Source: an uncultured virus (IMG/VR IMGVR_UViG_3300024496_000014) (taxonomy: Duplodnaviria; Heunggongvirae; Uroviricota; Caudoviricetes). Taken from it: DNA of 64,000 bases. The notes under the pieces are model-generated. The model did not search any database. It saw only the letters and a list, made by a program, of their open reading frames with translations, and was not told the DNA's origin. A program made the position numbers and the translations under genes. Where the stretch lies: the IMG/VR virus record IMGVR_UViG_3300024496_000014; one strand, given 5' to 3'. Numbering within the stretch: the stretch's first letter is position 1; each line of letters begins with the position of its first letter. This document shows positions 11,801-20,223 of the stretch, piece after piece.

Positions 11801-12313
11801 ACCGTCCTCGATAACCGAGCTGAATACATTCCATAATGCTGTATTGGCAGAATCTGCTCCTTCTTCGGCAGGTGCAGAAGGATATTTAATTTGAACGGTT
11901 ACATTACCATATGATGGTGCAACCGTTTGATTTGTAAAAATATAATCATTAATAACATCTCTTAGATATTGTTGACCTGTTATCTCTGGGCTAACATCGC
12001 CTCGAATTTGAGGTTCGCCGTTAATCCAAAAATAATCTGCAACTTGACGACATTTAACATTCCCGCCATATCTTAAATCGTGTATTATCGAATCAATAAA
12101 ATATCCAACGTCTCTAAAACATTTGTCTGATGCATAAGAGTAACCAGAGTAAGGTGCAATATTATTAGTAATTTGATTATTAATAAACGCAACTACTTGA
12201 TTTTGTAAAAATGTTTTATTTGCTGTTAGTAATGCTACCGCATTAGGAAACAGGTTATCATTTTTACTAATCCCCGGTTCAAAAATATATTTTTTTATCT
12301 GTCGTTTTGCCAT
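5852..12313 (-). CDS. Giant virion structural/fibre-like protein (2153 aa)
   Basis: Ser/Thr/Gly-rich; three LGGxSPDND-type modules; AYSxDGxTW (Asp-box/propeller-like) repeats; one CxRDxGY helix; SD AAGGA. Confidence 0.8.
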   Translation of the reverse strand: MAKRQIKKYIFEPGISKNDNLFPNAVALLTANKTFLQNQVVAFINNQITNNIAPYSGYSYASDKCFRDVGYFIDSIIHDLRYGGNVKCRQVADYFWINGEPQIRGDVSPEITGQQYLRDVINDYIFTNQTVAPSYGNVTVQIKYPSAPAEEGADSANTALWNVFSSVIEDGIPAMPSKIPGVSSIRLLGKFTPDELLLITNVDDGEIIYNFADATETLSVEYKQGRSSGDGNLLSDVDFRTWFQTTDTITTIYLSHDTSNLTSSANLQIFVEEEYQTIRPWQFGTDAIERMRVAAPQAMLDADFEYGLQPTKWQALGLIRMYPSIYEVPGTDLSVSAITTDASINTGYFGSSLITVTTTGAHGFSVQQPITVKGLSSNVSGFARAEGSFLVYSVPSSVSFTYYASAKVGTTNGESLFTSFAQIRQAGFYTGASIGQPTFSVYSNGSTLSVSSKFTTASGSYQIAFNGTSPTIGSPISGSPNIAAGTSVSGVIGSGTVTARYKESTTPADTSIELVDLTGVQQGMVISSGSGAALVINAIGGNQVDLSAALGLTKLGANGSNLAVTGTNIQSTGANAHFAVSRSGGVYTVTDLGDSTINGDGYVVGDRIVILGTSLGGTSPDNDIIVTVSSVDSQGGVTGFTYSGTGISGGGTYTAINQSSTTGAGNGAQINVVRTGGTGAYQITLSTPGNNYAQGDFVTWAGTDLGGVSPDNDITISVDGVTAGGIVDYTLIGTPVGATGDASYNITSATNELVSGVGAIFDVTRTDGVYSAVVSAGVGAGGSGYNVGNRILISGSSLDGSSTTNDCILTVTSAGGGTIGAVSASGTPYAGDTVSVYPTLTISEALTGAIPDGTTLSVGAIATVQVDFASNHGLLPGTTILTSISSQPAPGFTATARTLPTSITWSSTSALNGVFIATGSSSANTARSTDGQSWSAGGALPSSGNWVATAAGTIGANDVFVAIASGGTAAAFSTNGGTTWTAATMPSSGSWSSVSFYGGYFVAIVSGGTATAYSIDGATWIAGGALPSSTTWTDVSAGLIGSSAYFVAIASGGTAAAYSADNGLTWTATGALPASATWSSITYGYNRFFAVARGSATAAYSTTGTTWTSVTLPSGANWNNCTYGDSNFVVIADGATSALTSFTGETGSFTERTTTGTATWEEIAYTTYLGIGRFAVVGNGTSAMSIDLLSANHQLATGPHVVTQVPTPTQIRFPARTTGTIDTSASALTGVLYARPDTFFTHRPFDGGVQLGTGNPSHGAQAIRQSKKYIRYQSGKGIMYTTGGLFAPSYTLASATAADTVINSYITFTCDDNDHGLQPGAEIEVIGMVDFEFNGDYTVESIVDARRFRVRSNAPLSSTTGTLGPDAKVLLKRWHGSTVRIGAFDEQNGLFYQYDGQEMALVRRSSTNQLTGTVSITLDSNTVTGTNTRFQDQLKVGDKIVIRGMSHIVTSIASQTSMTMAPDWRGANSITGARVCVTTELYIPQRDWNIDPIDGTGPSGYEMLPWRMQMLGMQYSWYAAGFVEWMLRGADGRFVFLHKVRNSNVNTEAYMRTANLPVRYEVENRSAVSKLSAAMNSGQNYMDLTDASRFPTTGTVYVDNELISYSGKSGNRLLGCTRNASFLAFTAGQNRTFSAGTAAAHLVNAGVQLISCTTTPTISHWGSALLTDGMFDTDRGYIFNYASTGLSFTTSKQTAFMIRLAPSVSNAIVGDLGERDLLNRAQLLLNEIALTADSGTGAIVVEGILNPRNYPTDPTKITWTGLSSAASGGQPSFAQIALGGSINWGGVAPFTTTATVQGALTTTISARGFTTVSNTITAIANPAGISGYANALQLGNITFYILNTAYDALLSTTPLRVGDRLAAATYITGGQSISGITRGYLGTIYTRIDMSSGANATSPASSNISITVSSAASISYASAFSNARNDFLITNADYTASKLQVGDILSATTYVISSQTVASVTTSYVTIAGTAYTRIVMSANGNALSPGNTNITTTVQAAGTAASYSNTNYLFFTSATWNASSASVGTRIATSYTQFPAGTSVGSVTSRQLGTTIVQRVTFTQTSSATISAAGTVTFQFGDPQYALPGEQVFSFVANPGNTTAISLTELKELTTTAIGGRGAFPNGPDVLAINVYKVTGTATPGSIILRWGEAQA

Positions 12314-12323
12314 TTAATTTTCC

Positions 12324-12917
12324 TTATGCTCCAAATGCAATTGCAAAAGCAGTTACACGAGAGTCTACGTAATCTTTTCTTGTTGCATGATTATTTGCAG
12401 TAGGAGATGCACCCAATGTTACTACTCCTGTTATAGCAGTAGTTCCAGATACTTCTAAATCTTCTACGCTTGCTATACCCTGCACGGTTAGTTCTCCGGA
12501 ACTATCTCCGGGACCAATGTTTACTGATTTAAAATTTGCGTCGGCTGGTTCTCTTAACCCAATATCAATATTGTCTATTGAGCCAACATCATTGGCACTT
12601 TGTATAAAAACGTTTCCGTTAACAATATTGATATAAGGAGTTGATCCTTGTGCGACCGTAAAATCGCCGTCAATATTTAAAAATTCAAGTGTTCCTACAC
12701 GAGTTAGATAGCTGTATCTAATAATTTCAGAAAGAGAAATTGTTGAGTCAGATGCATCAATAACTGGGATTCCGTTAATTTCAAAATCACCGGTTGTACT
12801 AATGTTTCCAGATACGGTAATTGAGCCGGTTACGATTAGGTCCCCCAGTTCATTGACTAGAAAACCCGGGCTTTTAAAGCCGCTTTTTGATTCAAATGGT
12901 ATGTAAGTTACTGACAT
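12324..12917 (-). CDS. Virion structural protein (fibre-like)
   Basis: Beta-rich; C-terminal PTANNHATRKDYVD tail-fibre-like motif; ends AFAIAFGA. Confidence 0.65.
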   Translation of the reverse strand: MSVTYIPFESKSGFKSPGFLVNELGDLIVTGSITVSGNISTTGDFEINGIPVIDASDSTISLSEIIRYSYLTRVGTLEFLNIDGDFTVAQGSTPYINIVNGNVFIQSANDVGSIDNIDIGLREPADANFKSVNIGPGDSSGELTVQGIASVEDLEVSGTTAITGVVTLGASPTANNHATRKDYVDSRVTAFAIAFGA

Positions 12918-12964
12918 AAAGCCCTCGCTATCCCCCCGACTTCAACTGCTACAAAGACTATGTG

Positions 12965-12972
12965 TATTTATA
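12965..12972 (-). promoter_or_regulatory. Canonical T4 late promoter TATAAATA
   Basis: Exact TATAAATA upstream of 12917. Confidence 0.75.
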
Positions 12973-12982
12973 CGCAGCTTGA

Positions 12983-13420
12983 TTAAACTCTTGTAAGGTC
13001 GTTTAGGCTGTAAAAATAAGTGGCACTAAAAATCAACTTACCGCCTAATAAAAGGCTGGAATTGTCGTAAGTAGAACCGTCTGGACTAGACGCTGGCTGC
13101 GCCTTTAACTGAAGTTTTGACTCTGAAATTGTAGCTGTAATTTCCACTAAATTTTCGTTGATATTAGTTCTGCCGTAGATTGTAATATCTGCTTTACCCG
13201 ATCCTGCAACCACCAAACATTTAATCATTTCTTTTCTAATATTGCTAACATCAACAACAATAGTGTACTCTGCCGCGGCAAAATCCCCAACATACCATTC
13301 GTCAATTAGGGTATCTGACGTAACTGGTATCCAAGGTCCTTTGTAGGAGAAATTAACTCCGTTTTGTAATCTTAGAGTATTTTTTAAACCACGTAGAAAG
13401 TATTTTGCAAAATTTAGCAT
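12983..13420 (-). CDS. Hypothetical structural protein
   Basis: 145-aa ORF with TAAATA (13428-13433) 7 nt upstream of the ATG. Confidence 0.6.
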   Translation of the reverse strand: MLNFAKYFLRGLKNTLRLQNGVNFSYKGPWIPVTSDTLIDEWYVGDFAAAEYTIVVDVSNIRKEMIKCLVVAGSGKADITIYGRTNINENLVEITATISESKLQLKAQPASSPDGSTYDNSSLLLGGKLIFSATYFYSLNDLTRV

Positions 13421-13442
13421 AGTAGTGTATTTATCAGATAGT

Positions 13443-13465
13443 AAAAAAGCCCCTTTCGGGGCTTT
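13443..13465 (-). terminator. Rho-independent terminator after the carbamoyltransferase
   Basis: Minus strand AAAGCCCC-GAAA-GGGGC-TTTTTT. Confidence 0.85.
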
Positions 13466-13467
13466 GT

Positions 13468-15294
13468 TTATTTGTTAGCAATTTTAACTAGTTTGCCATA
13501 TTCTGGCAAATATAGATACTCAATTTCGGACTGCTGTAAGGTCCACAAAGCATCTTCTAGTGTTTCGACTAACGGTTCACCGCCCAAGTTAAAGCTAGTA
13601 TTGAATAAAATAGGAATTCCTGTTTCTTCTTTAAATGCTTTAATTAGATTATAATAGTGTGTATTTTGCTCTTCTGTAACCGTTTGGATTCGACAAGTTC
13701 CGTCTACGTGAATAATACTTGGAATCTTTTCAGCAACTCCCGGTTGACAATTTACAGCATACATCATAAATGGGCTATCTTTCATCCCTCGAAGATCAAA
13801 CCACTCGTGTACATCATCTTGTAAAATTGTACCAGCAAATGGTCGGAAATATTCACGACGCTTAACCGTATTGACAAAATCCTTACCATCTTCAAATGTT
13901 GGATCAAAGAGTACTGAACGATTTCCTAGGGCACGTGGACCGTTTTCCGAGCGTCCTTGGAAAATTGTAACAATATTTTTGTCACGTAACAGCTTAACAA
14001 TATCTTTGTGTGTAGCGTCAGTAAGTTCTCCACCAAAATCTTCAACTTGTTTTTTAATTTCTTCGTTGGTGTAAGATTGTGGTGGTCCGAGATAAAGTGT
14101 TGTACCTGGACGAATAGTTTCGTCATCTTGCATACCGTACCAGAACATGAGTGCTGCACCGATAGCAGTTCCAGCATCATTACTAATTGGTTCTACATAA
14201 ATTTCAATACCGTCATTTTTTAGTGCTTCTAGGTAATGATAATTTGCTACACAATTAAGACCATATCCGCCGCTGATCACAACACGATTTTTTCCGCTTT
14301 TTTCAACAGCTTTTCTAATTAATTTTACTACTTGTTCTTGAGTTTGTGTTTGAACAGCATATGCTAAGTCTCGACGACTTTGCAGATACGTAACATCATC
14401 GGTTGGGTCTGCTGGGTACTCGTCAAGTTCGTCAAATAGTTGAGCATTAACCATTCCACTCATTGGATATTTTGGAACAATCACGTTTCTGTCTGTCAAT
14501 GGAATCCGTGATCTTTCATCAAATAATGGAGGAATTTTATCATTTGGTTTACCATACGGGAACAATCCCATGGTTTTGCCTGCTTCAATTGCAGAAAATC
14601 CACAATACTCAGTTACTGCTTCATAGGCCTTAACAATACCTGCATGATCAGTAATCCATGCTTCATGGGTATCACCGTCTTCTCCTATTGCATTACTTGG
14701 AAATTCTGGCGCATAATTAGCGGCTACTGCATCTCTTGCACCATAATGCTTATACAATGTTTTAAAATTTGCAGGATAATCGCAATCAACAATAGATTCG
14801 ACTTCCCAAACCCAAATTCCGTTATCCCCGTAACTCATTGGATAAAATGTTCCTGCACCGTCAACAACTAACGAAACGGCATCTTTCCAACCCGAACGAT
14901 AAAATGCGCAGGCTGCGTGTAGTTTGTGGTGCATAAAACTTAGGTCAATAACCTGAGGATGGCGATGCAGGTCGGGAACTTTACGATTAATCAAACCTAA
15001 TTTTCTTGCTAGGCCTGTATAAACGTCATCGCCTGTATAATCAACTTTACCTGCTGTTTCATACAAGTTCTGAGTATGTGCAATAATCAAATAATCTAAC
15101 TTATCTGTGTATTCTAAAATCTTTACCATTGAAGCAAACGGACCGCCATCGTATTTTTGACGACTTAGACGTTCTTCTTCAATGCTAAAAACAATTTCTC
15201 CATCTTTTAAAAGACACACTCCTGAGTTATGTCCTCGTGCAATAGCAGCAATCCAAACTGGTTTATCTGATTTACTAATTGATTTTACGGTCAT
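13468..15294 (-). CDS. Carbamoyltransferase, NodU/CmcH/TobZ family
   Basis: EEERLSRQK, HHKLHA, VVDGAG, GKTMGL.PYG, SGGYGLNCVAN, NDAGTAIGAA, GPRALGNRS, KRREYFRPFA, HVDGTCRIQTV, NTSFN.GGEP. Confidence 0.93.
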   Translation of the reverse strand: MTVKSISKSDKPVWIAAIARGHNSGVCLLKDGEIVFSIEEERLSRQKYDGGPFASMVKILEYTDKLDYLIIAHTQNLYETAGKVDYTGDDVYTGLARKLGLINRKVPDLHRHPQVIDLSFMHHKLHAACAFYRSGWKDAVSLVVDGAGTFYPMSYGDNGIWVWEVESIVDCDYPANFKTLYKHYGARDAVAANYAPEFPSNAIGEDGDTHEAWITDHAGIVKAYEAVTEYCGFSAIEAGKTMGLFPYGKPNDKIPPLFDERSRIPLTDRNVIVPKYPMSGMVNAQLFDELDEYPADPTDDVTYLQSRRDLAYAVQTQTQEQVVKLIRKAVEKSGKNRVVISGGYGLNCVANYHYLEALKNDGIEIYVEPISNDAGTAIGAALMFWYGMQDDETIRPGTTLYLGPPQSYTNEEIKKQVEDFGGELTDATHKDIVKLLRDKNIVTIFQGRSENGPRALGNRSVLFDPTFEDGKDFVNTVKRREYFRPFAGTILQDDVHEWFDLRGMKDSPFMMYAVNCQPGVAEKIPSIIHVDGTCRIQTVTEEQNTHYYNLIKAFKEETGIPILFNTSFNLGGEPLVETLEDALWTLQQSEIEYLYLPEYGKLVKIANK

Positions 15295-16226
15295 TCTTTT
15301 TTCCCTAATACGTGATTTACTACTAGTGTAGTTATGTCTTCGTTCATAGACATAATGTTTTCGTTTGATCTATTAATTCTTTCATCTGGGAAGATTCTAA
15401 TAGGATCGTATTCTCTGTTTACTTCTCCCATATCTAAAATAAAAAAGTCAGGGCAGTTAGGGAACGATACGTTAATAGGGAAAGTCCCGCCAGTTACTAC
15501 AACTGCTTCTTTATTCATAGAATATGCTAAATGCTGGCCCAAGCTATCGCAACCTAAAAACTTATCTGCATATTTGATAACTGCGGCCCACACTCTAATG
15601 TTTACATTTTCTGGTACAGCAACTTCGTCTTTAAGTTTTGCATCAGAAAAATCAACTTTAAATTCGCTCATCATAATAACACCAAAGTCATTATTTTGCA
15701 ATTTTTTAACAATTGATTTAACATCACGTAATTCAAAACTTCTTGAAGTTCTGTCAATTAGTGTTTCGTCGATGTATTCAATACCACGACCAAAAGGTTG
15801 AAACACAACTACTTTTTCTTTTTTAAGTTTTTTCTTAACATCACTGACCATTTGTCGGCCATATAGCATTTCTTCTTTGCTTAGACGCAGGGTTGGTCTA
15901 GGAAGATCTCTAATACCTTTATTGTTAACTTGAATGTCAAACGCTTGTGCAATTGAACATTGTTGATTGTAATATTCCCAAATTCTATATGGTTCTGTGG
16001 TAACAATTTCGCGATCTTTTAAATAATCTTTAAAAAGATTTTTATGCCATACATCGTATGTTCTATTATCAAGGGTAGGATGACCCTTAAAAATATCTGT
16101 TCCACCTTCGCAGACAATAATAAAATCTTTATCGTCTGATTCTTTTTCATATAGTTCAAAAGCAGGAATAGATGCAATCATTCTACCTGCTCCACCGTTA
16201 ATAAAAAATGCTTTGGATCTGCTCAT
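15291..16226 (-). CDS. GT-B glycosyltransferase, GT9 (heptosyltransferase)-like
   Basis: N-terminal GGAGRMIASIP (cf. GxGDxxxxxP) and C-terminal FLGCDSLGQHLA (cf. DSGxxHLA); ATGA overlap with the carbamoyltransferase. Confidence 0.7.
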   Translation of the reverse strand: MSRSKAFFINGGAGRMIASIPAFELYEKESDDKDFIIVCEGGTDIFKGHPTLDNRTYDVWHKNLFKDYLKDREIVTTEPYRIWEYYNQQCSIAQAFDIQVNNKGIRDLPRPTLRLSKEEMLYGRQMVSDVKKKLKKEKVVVFQPFGRGIEYIDETLIDRTSRSFELRDVKSIVKKLQNNDFGVIMMSEFKVDFSDAKLKDEVAVPENVNIRVWAAVIKYADKFLGCDSLGQHLAYSMNKEAVVVTGGTFPINVSFPNCPDFFILDMGEVNREYDPIRIFPDERINRSNENIMSMNEDITTLVVNHVLGKKE

Positions 16227-16241
16227 TTAAACTCCAAAAAA

Positions 16242-16290
16242 ATAGCCTTGTACTTCATTATATAGTCATATAACGAAAAGCACAAGGCTA
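16242..16290 (-). promoter_or_regulatory. Sigma70-type promoter TTGTGC-N17-TATAAT embedded in an inverted repeat followed by a T-run
   Basis: Minus strand TAGCCTTGT...ACAAGGCTA then TTTTTT; -35 and -10 spaced by exactly 17 nt. Confidence 0.6.
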
Positions 16291-16309
16291 ATCTTGGTTT
16301 AAATTTTAA

Positions 16310-16954
16310 TTATAGAGCAGGTTGAATTGGATAAGGAATTTTCCAATGATCTACGCCAGCATACTTTGTTTCAATTGTTCTTAAAAACTCAGCATGTTGC
16401 TCAATCTTTTCTAGCTGTTCTGGCAAATAGTTACCTGAACTTGCAGCTTCCTCAAAAGTTTTTAATTGAGACTTTTGAGATTCAAAGAACGAAGCTCTAG
16501 TGATAGCATGGTTTCTATATCTTGGCATTATCCAAGAACTAGTTGCTGCATCCCATTTTGCATCGTTGGTGTAAAATGGTTGTGTGCAACAGCCGTGCTC
16601 GTCATCATAATGATATTCGTACTTTTCACCTGTTGGAAGTGTTTCTACATAGTTTGGTACAGGACTTTGCTCATATTCGTGAGTAATATAAGATGCTAAA
16701 AATGGATTTTGATCAGCGTCGAGTACAACTTGAATATGACCCTCTGGGTCTAGATTCTCTTGAGCAATTTTCCATTTTTCTAATGCTTCTAAGGTTTCTT
16801 CACCTTCGTCCCAAGCAAACACAGCACCCGTAGCTTTTACTACTCTGATGAGCAGATATCTAGGGCCTGTATAAACACAATCAACCGTTCTGTTTAATTT
16901 TGTTGTGGTCTTGTATGGCTCATCTGGCAATACTGCTTTAAATGCTTTTCTCAT
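16310..16954 (-). CDS. Hypothetical protein, possible fibre assembly chaperone
   Basis: Probable start MRKAF at 16954 (AAGGA SD); follows the Cys-rich genes; C-terminal helix then WKIPYP ending, reminiscent of fibre chaperones. Confidence 0.55.
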   Translation of the reverse strand: MRKAFKAVLPDEPYKTTTKLNRTVDCVYTGPRYLLIRVVKATGAVFAWDEGEETLEALEKWKIAQENLDPEGHIQVVLDADQNPFLASYITHEYEQSPVPNYVETLPTGEKYEYHYDDEHGCCTQPFYTNDAKWDAATSSWIMPRYRNHAITRASFFESQKSQLKTFEEAASSGNYLPEQLEKIEQHAEFLRTIETKYAGVDHWKIPYPIQPAL

Positions 16955-16958
16955 GTTT

Positions 16959-17951
16959 TTAATCCTTAGGTATAAAGTTAATTCTAACTGCACCCATGCC
17001 GCCTCTCCAACCGTTATCTCTAACGTCACCGCATGGTGTTGCTGGATGTCCGCCTATGCCAATTGGCCAAAATGGTTGACAACCTTGTACATCGTAGCAT
17101 CCGCACGATCTAATTGTAGTATAACAAGTAGTCCATGGAATACCTCTAACTGGGCTTCGACTCATGCCGTTAAGTGCATTAATAAACTGGTGATATCCCA
17201 TTCCTGACCATTCAGAGAATCCATTATCACCTTCTGTTCCGTATGAAACAACGCCACCATCGCAGGCAAATAGTCCTGGAGGAACAGCTACGTGGTAATG
17301 AGTTGAACATGGGCAGTTACCATAACCAGTCCAGAATGTTACACAGCTAAATCCGCCGCGTTTATTAATATCTCCGCCGTAGGCTTCTGCACAACAGCTA
17401 CCAGTTCCTGATCCATAATTACAAATAATACCACAACATCCGTTTGAATAGTTGGTATTACAGAAATTACCTGCTACAAAGCAACAGAACATAACGCCGG
17501 ATGGGTTACAGAATGTTGTGCCTCCACGGCCGCCTTGTGTACAAATACATCCGTTAGTTGCTGCACCAGTTAATGGAACACGGCCAAACCAGCATAAGCA
17601 GGTTGCTTCTGAACAACCACGGAAACATAGTGTATCAGCATTGTTACAGCTCTTTCCAATGTATCCACAGACATAACAGCCTGCAACTACGCAGAAACAT
17701 TTTCTTGCCCATGCTCCTGGATTTCCTGGAACACCGTGTCCACAGCAGCACATACGTGCTCCTGAACCACCAGCACCCCAAACGTCCATGATAACACGAC
17801 CTGTTTGGCAGGCTACCCAGCAAAATCCGTTTACATAGTTATTGTATTCAGCTGACGGTGTATAAAACCAAATTTGTCCTTTTTCAAGATTTGATTCATC
17901 CCATTCAATTTGGTTTAATTTATTTTCTACTAATGTTTTTAAGGTAGCCAT
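16959..17951 (-). CDS. Cys/Gly-rich protein, paralogue 3
   Basis: About 34 Cys in 330 aa; WGAGGSGARMCCCG, QGGRGG, GGDIN, SCGCY, GGMGAVRI. Confidence 0.8.
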   Translation of the reverse strand: MATLKTLVENKLNQIEWDESNLEKGQIWFYTPSAEYNNYVNGFCWVACQTGRVIMDVWGAGGSGARMCCCGHGVPGNPGAWARKCFCVVAGCYVCGYIGKSCNNADTLCFRGCSEATCLCWFGRVPLTGAATNGCICTQGGRGGTTFCNPSGVMFCCFVAGNFCNTNYSNGCCGIICNYGSGTGSCCAEAYGGDINKRGGFSCVTFWTGYGNCPCSTHYHVAVPPGLFACDGGVVSYGTEGDNGFSEWSGMGYHQFINALNGMSRSPVRGIPWTTCYTTIRSCGCYDVQGCQPFWPIGIGGHPATPCGDVRDNGWRGGMGAVRINFIPKD

Positions 17952-17952
17952 A

Positions 17953-19182
17953 TTAGTACGCATTGCCTCCGTCAGTTGGAATGTATTTAATTCTTACCAT
18001 ACCCATACCACCTCTCATAGCATGGTCACGAACACCCGGACATGGGTGAGGTGCTGCACCAGGTACTCCGTAAGGAACATAATGCATACATCCTTCCATT
18101 TCGTAGCATCCGCAAGCACGGTCTGAACGCCAGCAACGAATATTTACTAGGTGTCCAGGTTGTCTAGATAAACCAGTTAATCCGTTTAGGTGATGTGGTT
18201 TAGTGCTTCCTGACCAGTTAACCATTGGTGAATCATTTTCAGTTGTGTATGTATATGATCCGCCGTCGTTGGCAAAAATACCCGGAGATGTAGTAATGTG
18301 ATACTGGAACATACATGTACACATTGGTAAACATCCTTGCCAGCTTACACAGCTAAATCCGCCACAGCAGTTAATATCGCCGCCGTAGCCGCAGGCTTGG
18401 AATGAAGCTGAACTGGGCCAATCACTTGGATTCCAGTTACAGATCATACCGCAAGCAGAGCGAGAAATATCACACATATTGTGTTGTGTACTTAATTTTG
18501 TTCCGCACCATGCGTTGGTTATGTAGCAAGAGTATGGTGATTTATCATCAATACAATAACTAATACCACCACGACCACCCTGAGAACATAAACAGCCATT
18601 TGATGCACCTGCTGCACAGCAAATACCCCAGTTAGCGCAGCCTTGGCCGCCATAACGTCCACATTGGCCGCCTTCAAATTGAATGCCGCCACCGGCATTG
18701 CCGTACGGATCGCCTGCCATTGGGTTTCCGCCACCTTGGCCCCATCCCCACGGATTGTTGCCTCTAAATGATTCTTGTCTATTTGGTTCTTGTCCGCCTT
18801 CCCATACAGGTTTAGGAGCACAACCAAACCAGCATACGCAGGTTGCTTCCGAACATCCTCTAAAACAAAGTGCTGAAGAGTTGTTGCATGAACGACCTAC
18901 ATACCCGCAAACATAGTTTGAAGGACATACACAAATACATTTTTTTACATAGGCTGCTGGGTTTCCAGGTAATCCCACACCGCAGCAACACATTTGTGCG
19001 CCTGATCCAGACGCACCCCAAATTTCAATAATTGCTTTACCGCATCCTGGTGGTTTCCAACAGAAACCATTACAGAATGATGTGTACATATTGCCGTCTG
19101 AGTAAACCCAGATACGACCTTTTTCTAAGTTATCTTCCCAGGCTAATTCACGATTACCTAATAATTGTGTTAATGTTGACAT
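17953..19182 (-). CDS. Cys/Gly-rich protein, paralogue 2
   Basis: About 40 Cys in 409 aa; same motif scaffold plus a Gly-rich insertion; TAATG coupling. Confidence 0.8.
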   Translation of the reverse strand: MSTLTQLLGNRELAWEDNLEKGRIWVYSDGNMYTSFCNGFCWKPPGCGKAIIEIWGASGSGAQMCCCGVGLPGNPAAYVKKCICVCPSNYVCGYVGRSCNNSSALCFRGCSEATCVCWFGCAPKPVWEGGQEPNRQESFRGNNPWGWGQGGGNPMAGDPYGNAGGGIQFEGGQCGRYGGQGCANWGICCAAGASNGCLCSQGGRGGISYCIDDKSPYSCYITNAWCGTKLSTQHNMCDISRSACGMICNWNPSDWPSSASFQACGYGGDINCCGGFSCVSWQGCLPMCTCMFQYHITTSPGIFANDGGSYTYTTENDSPMVNWSGSTKPHHLNGLTGLSRQPGHLVNIRCWRSDRACGCYEMEGCMHYVPYGVPGAAPHPCPGVRDHAMRGGMGMVRIKYIPTDGGNAY

Positions 19183-20210
19183 TAGTAACCGCCTCCTAGT
19201 CTTGAGCAATTCTGTTCATATATTCCAGAACCTCTATATGTTAATCTAATTGCACCGTGGCCGCCTCGTCTGCCGTGGTCACGAACGTCTGGACATGGAA
19301 ACGGAGGTCCACCGGCTACACCATACGGCATATGAACTTGACAACCGTTTTGTTCATAACATCCACATGATTGAGTGCCTGAATAGCAAGTGTGCCATGG
19401 CATACCGCCACTTGGCCATTTACCTACGTTGTTAATTGCATATTGTTGATTGTAGTTACCCATTCCTGACCATTCAGAATATTCTGGGTCTGCATCGTTA
19501 ATATACGATAAGTAACCACCTTGTGTACTATACACGCCAGCAGCAAAAGGAATGTAAACTTCAGTTTGGCAAGGACATGATGGATAGCAACCTTTAAAGT
19601 GTACATATCCAACGCAACCGCAGCAGTTAATGTCGCCACCGTAGCCGCAGGCAATCCATGCGCCTGGACATTGGTTACACACAATTGCGCAGTTATCGCA
19701 ACCTGTTGGAGAATTATAACGTGTTGTACAGAATGTACAATATAGATAACAGCAATAAGCAGATGTTGAAGTTGAGCATATAGCAATGCCTCCACGTCCG
19801 CCTTGAGCACACATACATCCGCCGGTATAACCGCAAAGGTCTCGAGCATTACCCCATCTTAGATATGACGGGTCGCTGCATCCTGAAAAACATAAGCTGT
19901 GAGAGTTACAAGACATTGATGGACAAGCACAAATATAGCTGCCACAAAAAACTGCAATAGTCTTTTTAGAATATGCCGGAGCATTTCCTGGAAGGCCAAA
20001 GCCACAACAGCACATACGAGCGCCGCTGCCTGCTGCACCCCACATCTCAATAGTTAGTGTTCCACAACCAGGTGATGTCCAGCAGTACAACATGTCAGAT
20101 CTAATACATGAATACATGCCGGTGGGTGAGACCGTCCAGACCTTGCCTTTTTCAAGATTATCCTGATTGGCTGTAATCTCTCTTGTAGATAATAGGTCTG
20201 ATAATTTCAT
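19182..20210 (-). CDS. Cys/Gly-rich protein, paralogue 1
   Basis: About 37 Cys in 342 aa; NLEKGKVW, WGAAGSGARMCCCG, SCGCY, PCPDVRD. Confidence 0.8.
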   Translation of the reverse strand: MKLSDLLSTREITANQDNLEKGKVWTVSPTGMYSCIRSDMLYCWTSPGCGTLTIEMWGAAGSGARMCCCGFGLPGNAPAYSKKTIAVFCGSYICACPSMSCNSHSLCFSGCSDPSYLRWGNARDLCGYTGGCMCAQGGRGGIAICSTSTSAYCCYLYCTFCTTRYNSPTGCDNCAIVCNQCPGAWIACGYGGDINCCGCVGYVHFKGCYPSCPCQTEVYIPFAAGVYSTQGGYLSYINDADPEYSEWSGMGNYNQQYAINNVGKWPSGGMPWHTCYSGTQSCGCYEQNGCQVHMPYGVAGGPPFPCPDVRDHGRRGGHGAIRLTYRGSGIYEQNCSRLGGGY

Positions 20211-20223
20211 TTGTTTTCCCTAA

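Noticed and set aside
16959..20210. RiPP precursor interpretation of the Cys-rich ORFs
   Set aside because: They are 330-409 aa with a shared folded scaffold; no leader peptide, peptidase or transporter nearby
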